Source: a virus
Lineage: Duplodnaviria > Caudoviricetes
Strand: one strand, 5' to 3'
IMG/VR virus record: IMGVR_UViG_3300037566_000134
Coordinates: 1 to 27,465 of that record
Length of the DNA stretch: 27,465 bases
Shown here one piece after another: positions 25,106 to 27,465 of this stretch (position 1 is the first letter of the stretch; every line of letters begins with the position of its first letter). A program made the translations under genes and the position numbers. The notes below the pieces were generated by a model. That model saw nothing but the letters and a program-made list of their open reading frames with translations, ran no database searches and was not told the origin of the DNA.

Positions 25106-25734
25106 CACAGCCCCCGCAGTTTCCGGTAGTGCTTTTCCCGGCGCAGGAATATCCGGGTTATTCGCTCGAAGTCTTTGGCCCGGTACTGCTTCGGTGGGTG
25201 CGGGCCCTTGAGCATGGCCACACGCTCCGCCCCAATCCTGGCAATCAGGCCCTGCTCGTACATGGCGTCGACGCTGTTGCGGTAATACTGCTTCTGCTGC
25301 GCGCCGGAATTCGATACGGCACATTGCTTGTGGATATTCCAGGTGTTGTAACGCAGCTCGGGTGCCTTCCCGACACCCTGGAAGTGACCCGCGTGCCAGC
25401 CATACAGTGTGTTCGGGCAGCCGTGGCCGTGAACGATGCAGGGCTTGAAGTGGTCGCGCACCAGGATGAACGCATTGACTGCATCCTGGGCGCGCCGTGC
25501 CGGTCCCTTCTTGTCCCGTATGGTGGCCTTGCGCTGCCGCTCCTGGGCCCGGAACTCCCGCGCCTCCCGGGACCACTTGCGCCTTTCCGCCTGGCGCTTC
25601 TTCTCCTGCTTGTGGCGGGACAGCTCCAGACCACAGTCGATGCTGCACACCCGGTGGAGGCCGACCACAAGCATCTCCTCCCGCGGCTTCCGGACGCTGC
25701 AGCTCGGGCCGCCGCACACGCGAGTCCTGGCCAT
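25105..25734 (-). CDS. ninG: NinG/Rap-family recombination endonuclease
   Basis: N-terminal C..C/VCSIDC, AQDAVNAFILVRD..PCI, HAGHF.GVG.APELRY...NIHKQC..N, YEQGLIARIG.ERV. Confidence 0.9.
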   Translation of the reverse strand: MARTRVCGGPSCSVRKPREEMLVVGLHRVCSIDCGLELSRHKQEKKRQAERRKWSREAREFRAQERQRKATIRDKKGPARRAQDAVNAFILVRDHFKPCIVHGHGCPNTLYGWHAGHFQGVGKAPELRYNTWNIHKQCAVSNSGAQQKQYYRNSVDAMYEQGLIARIGAERVAMLKGPHPPKQYRAKDFERITRIFLRREKHYRKLRGL

Positions 25735-26261
25735 CAGGCCACCCTCCTCGCGTTGACCTCAGCCTCCAGATCCAGCAGCTCCTCGTTGTAGGTCGGCGGG
25801 ATCTGGATATGCCAGTAGTTCCACACGAACTGCTTGATGCTGTTGACGTAGACCGAGAAGCAGCGTTTCTCCTGCTCCTCGGTTTTGGCGTGCTTCACCA
25901 GCTCGGTGGTGGAGTAACAGAGCTTGCGGGTGCGGCGCTCGCCGGTCCTGGGGTGGGTCCGCACGATCTCGCCGTAGCAGAGGAACATTTCCTTGAACAT
26001 CTCGTGCAGGAGATCCTTGGTGTAGGGGTACTCGCGGCCCTCGTCGTCGGTGATGACGATTCCGCCATCCGCCAGCTGCTTCTCGATATTCAGGTACAGC
26101 CACCCCCACAGGTAGCGGTTCGCCAGCTCCGATCGCTTCACGGTGTACGGCTGCATGGTGACCAGCCACTCCTCGCCTTCCTGCATGGGCACCTGGGTGA
26201 TGGCGTTGGCCGCCCGCCAGGCATCACGAGGGGTTTTGCAGAGCACGCGCACGTCGTTCAT
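25734..26261 (-). CDS. ninB: NinB/Orf (YbcN)-family recombination protein
   Basis: VTMQPY..KRS..ANRYLWGW, LHEMFKEMFL, STTEL; directly upstream of ninG (TGATG). Confidence 0.75.
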   Translation of the reverse strand: MNDVRVLCKTPRDAWRAANAITQVPMQEGEEWLVTMQPYTVKRSELANRYLWGWLYLNIEKQLADGGIVITDDEGREYPYTKDLLHEMFKEMFLCYGEIVRTHPRTGERRTRKLCYSTTELVKHAKTEEQEKRCFSVYVNSIKQFVWNYWHIQIPPTYNEELLDLEAEVNARRVA

Positions 26262-26421
26262 GTCTCGCCCTCAGCCGCTGGATCTCCAGCATCGTTCGCA
26301 CAATCGGCAGCAGGTTCTCCGGAACCTCGGCCATCCTGGATTTCACCCACTGTCTGTCTCCCCTTCCGGACCAGATCAGAGCCGCCCAGCCACGGGCGGT
26401 AGATGGCGTTAAATTCGTCAT
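26224..26421 (-). CDS. Hypothetical helical protein (65 aa) overlapping 26258..26485 in another frame
   Basis: MTNLTPSTARGWAALIW..RMAEVPENLLPIVRTMLEIQRLR; AGGGG 7 nt before ATG 26421. Confidence 0.45.
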   Translation of the reverse strand: MTNLTPSTARGWAALIWSGRGDRQWVKSRMAEVPENLLPIVRTMLEIQRLRARHERRARALQNPS

Positions 26422-26485
26422 CGGTAATCCCCTGCCCAAGATCCCACTCCCTCTCGGTGAGGATCACATCGCCGACCCGGATCAT
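26258..26485 (-). CDS. Hypothetical acidic protein (75 aa)
   Basis: ATGA overlaps at both ends (26482-26485 and 26258-26261); GAGGTG upstream. Confidence 0.55.
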   Translation of the reverse strand: MIRVGDVILTEREWDLGQGITDDEFNAIYRPWLGGSDLVRKGRQTVGEIQDGRGSGEPAADCANDAGDPAAEGET

Positions 26486-26811
26486 GCCGCCAGCACCTCG
26501 TCGCTGACCGACTTGCGCCGGGTGAACATACCCACCAGATCCGGCTCGCGCTTCTCGATCAGCCGCGAGTAGTAAGCCCGATAGTTGTTGTTGAGCTTGA
26601 ATGGCTCGCTGGTGTCAGCCAGCCAGTATTCCCAGCGCAGCACCTCGAACAGCATGCCGATGCCGATGCGGTGCCGGCCCGCGGCCTTGAGTTGTCGCGC
26701 CATGGCAACCAGGCGGCGGTACACGCCGGGATTGTCCCGGTGGTACTGCCAGAAACCCTCGGTCATATCCGCAGGCAGGTCGCCAAAGTCGATGTCGAGT
26801 TGGTCAGTCAT
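26482..26811 (-). CDS. Conserved phage hypothetical protein (109 aa)
   Basis: FWQYHRDNPGVY..GIGMLFEVLRWE..FKLNNNYRAYYSRL is a motif I recognise from other phages; GGTGAGG SD before ATG 26811. Confidence 0.8.
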   Translation of the reverse strand: MTDQLDIDFGDLPADMTEGFWQYHRDNPGVYRRLVAMARQLKAAGRHRIGIGMLFEVLRWEYWLADTSEPFKLNNNYRAYYSRLIEKREPDLVGMFTRRKSVSDEVLAA

Positions 26812-27067
26812 GGGGGACCTCACCTTCGCGGGCTACAAGAATTAGGCTCTCGTCCGATCTCTCGGCATTTCGGAATGACGATACGGGGCTCTCGCGCAAA
26901 GCGGTTTGACGAACCCAGCCGCCGCGGCAGTCGTAGAAGCTCCCGGCGAACAACTGCGCATCCAGCGGCTTGTCGCGCAGAGTCGAGAGCGCGTTTTTCT
27001 CGAATTCGCTCTCCGGAGTGATGACCAACTGCACCAGGCCGTCCTCGATGTAGATTGCGGTTTTCAT
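26804..27067 (-). CDS. Phage hypothetical protein (87 aa)
   Basis: MKTAIYIEDGLVQLVITPESEFEKNAL; GAGGTGA SD before ATG 27067. Confidence 0.75.
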   Translation of the reverse strand: MKTAIYIEDGLVQLVITPESEFEKNALSTLRDKPLDAQLFAGSFYDCRGGWVRQTALRESPVSSFRNAERSDESLILVAREGEVPHD

Positions 27068-27071
27068 GCGG

Positions 27072-27314
27072 TCACCTCGCCCAGCTGGTGTCGGAAAGAT
27101 CTTCGGCGCACCCATTGCCAGTAACCCTCACTCCGCCATCGAAATACTGGCCTCGCTCGGAAAGAAACTTCTGAGCCATCTGTGTTTTCATCTGCCCATC
27201 CAGCCAGCCAACATCAGTCAGTTCGTCCAGCACGGTCATTTGCTTGACGGTGATATTCGCCGTCTGCGCTGGGGCCTCCCGACTCACGGAACCAAGATCA
27301 TCGAAATCAAACAC
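27072..27314 (-). CDS. Hypothetical protein (80 aa) directly downstream of the initiator-like gene
   Basis: GTG start overlapping the upstream stop; GAGGGG SD. Confidence 0.62.
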   Translation of the reverse strand: MFDFDDLGSVSREAPAQTANITVKQMTVLDELTDVGWLDGQMKTQMAQKFLSERGQYFDGGVRVTGNGCAEDLSDTSWAR

Positions 27315-27465
27315 GGTGGTATTTCCCCTCGGCTACTTTTGCGAAATTGGATGGCTTGGTAAGCCACTCAAGGTCTGCGCGGAACGGGGGACGATCGCCG
27401 GACCCAGGCTTTCGCCCCATCAGGAAATCGGAGCGGCTGACAGCCATGAAGTACCGCTCCCATTG
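27307..27465 (-). CDS. C-terminal fragment of a phage replication-initiator-like protein (5' end outside window)
   Basis: Manual translation QWERYFMAVSRSDFLMGRKPGSGDRPPFRADLEWLTKPSNFAKVAEGKYHRV*. The SxFLxG..ADxxWL....NF.KV.EGKY pattern is typical of replisome-organiser C-termini. Confidence 0.72.
   Translation of the reverse strand, partial: QWERYFMAVSRSDFLMGRKPGSGDRPPFRADLEWLTKPSNFAKVAEGKYHRV

Larger units (their letters stand above)
1..27465 (-). mobile_element. Segment of a podovirus-type tailed phage/prophage (lambdoid nin region plus T7/BPP-1-like virion module)
   Basis: Contiguous co-oriented terS, terL, portal, scaffold, capsid, lysis, nozzle, adaptor and ejection genes. No host genes, integrase or att site are visible, so free phage versus prophage cannot be decided. 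Confidence 0.97.

Noticed and set aside
25106-25717. 5' part of the 280-aa ORF 24875..25717
   Set aside because: Alternate frame of ninG; only the last 76 codons from the coupled ATG at 25105 look real.
27380-27395. Suspected frameshift at the G5 run in the initiator fragment
   Set aside because: On recount the frame is continuous (DRPPFRAD).
1-27465. CRISPR array, tRNA/rRNA, integrase/att site, intron/intein, alternative genetic code
   Set aside because: None seen; conserved genes are uninterrupted, of ordinary length, and all three standard stops end genes at tight junctions.

Overview
The whole window is one segment of a GC-rich tailed-phage (or prophage) genome. Every credible gene is on the minus strand, and most are translationally coupled. 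In transcription order (right to left): the C-terminus of a replication-initiator-like gene; a lambdoid nin-type region (NinB, NinG, several small Zn-finger/HTH genes, no recognisable Q); terS, a small inserted ORF, terL; T7/BPP-1-type portal, Bbp19-like protein, scaffold and major capsid; accessory virion genes; a complete lysis cassette (M15 peptidase endolysin, holin-like protein, Rz with embedded Rz1) inside the virion module; tail nozzle, two paralogous tail-fibre anchor proteins, head-tail adaptor; and three DNA-ejection proteins. The last is a ~2437-aa polyvalent protein with two tandem ADP-ribosyltransferase-fold modules and an HExxH motif. This fits a probably temperate podovirus of a diderm host. 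Best leads: (i) the modular ART-ART-peptidase ejection protein with repeated Q-ending junctions; (ii) an identical CCAGCATAAAA box at the same offset upstream of the -35 hexamer of both the portal and capsid promoters, with candidate activator genes where Q would normally be; (iii) a capsid 5' leader carrying two copies of the same bulged-helix RNA module. All family calls come from motif recognition by eye, not from database searches.
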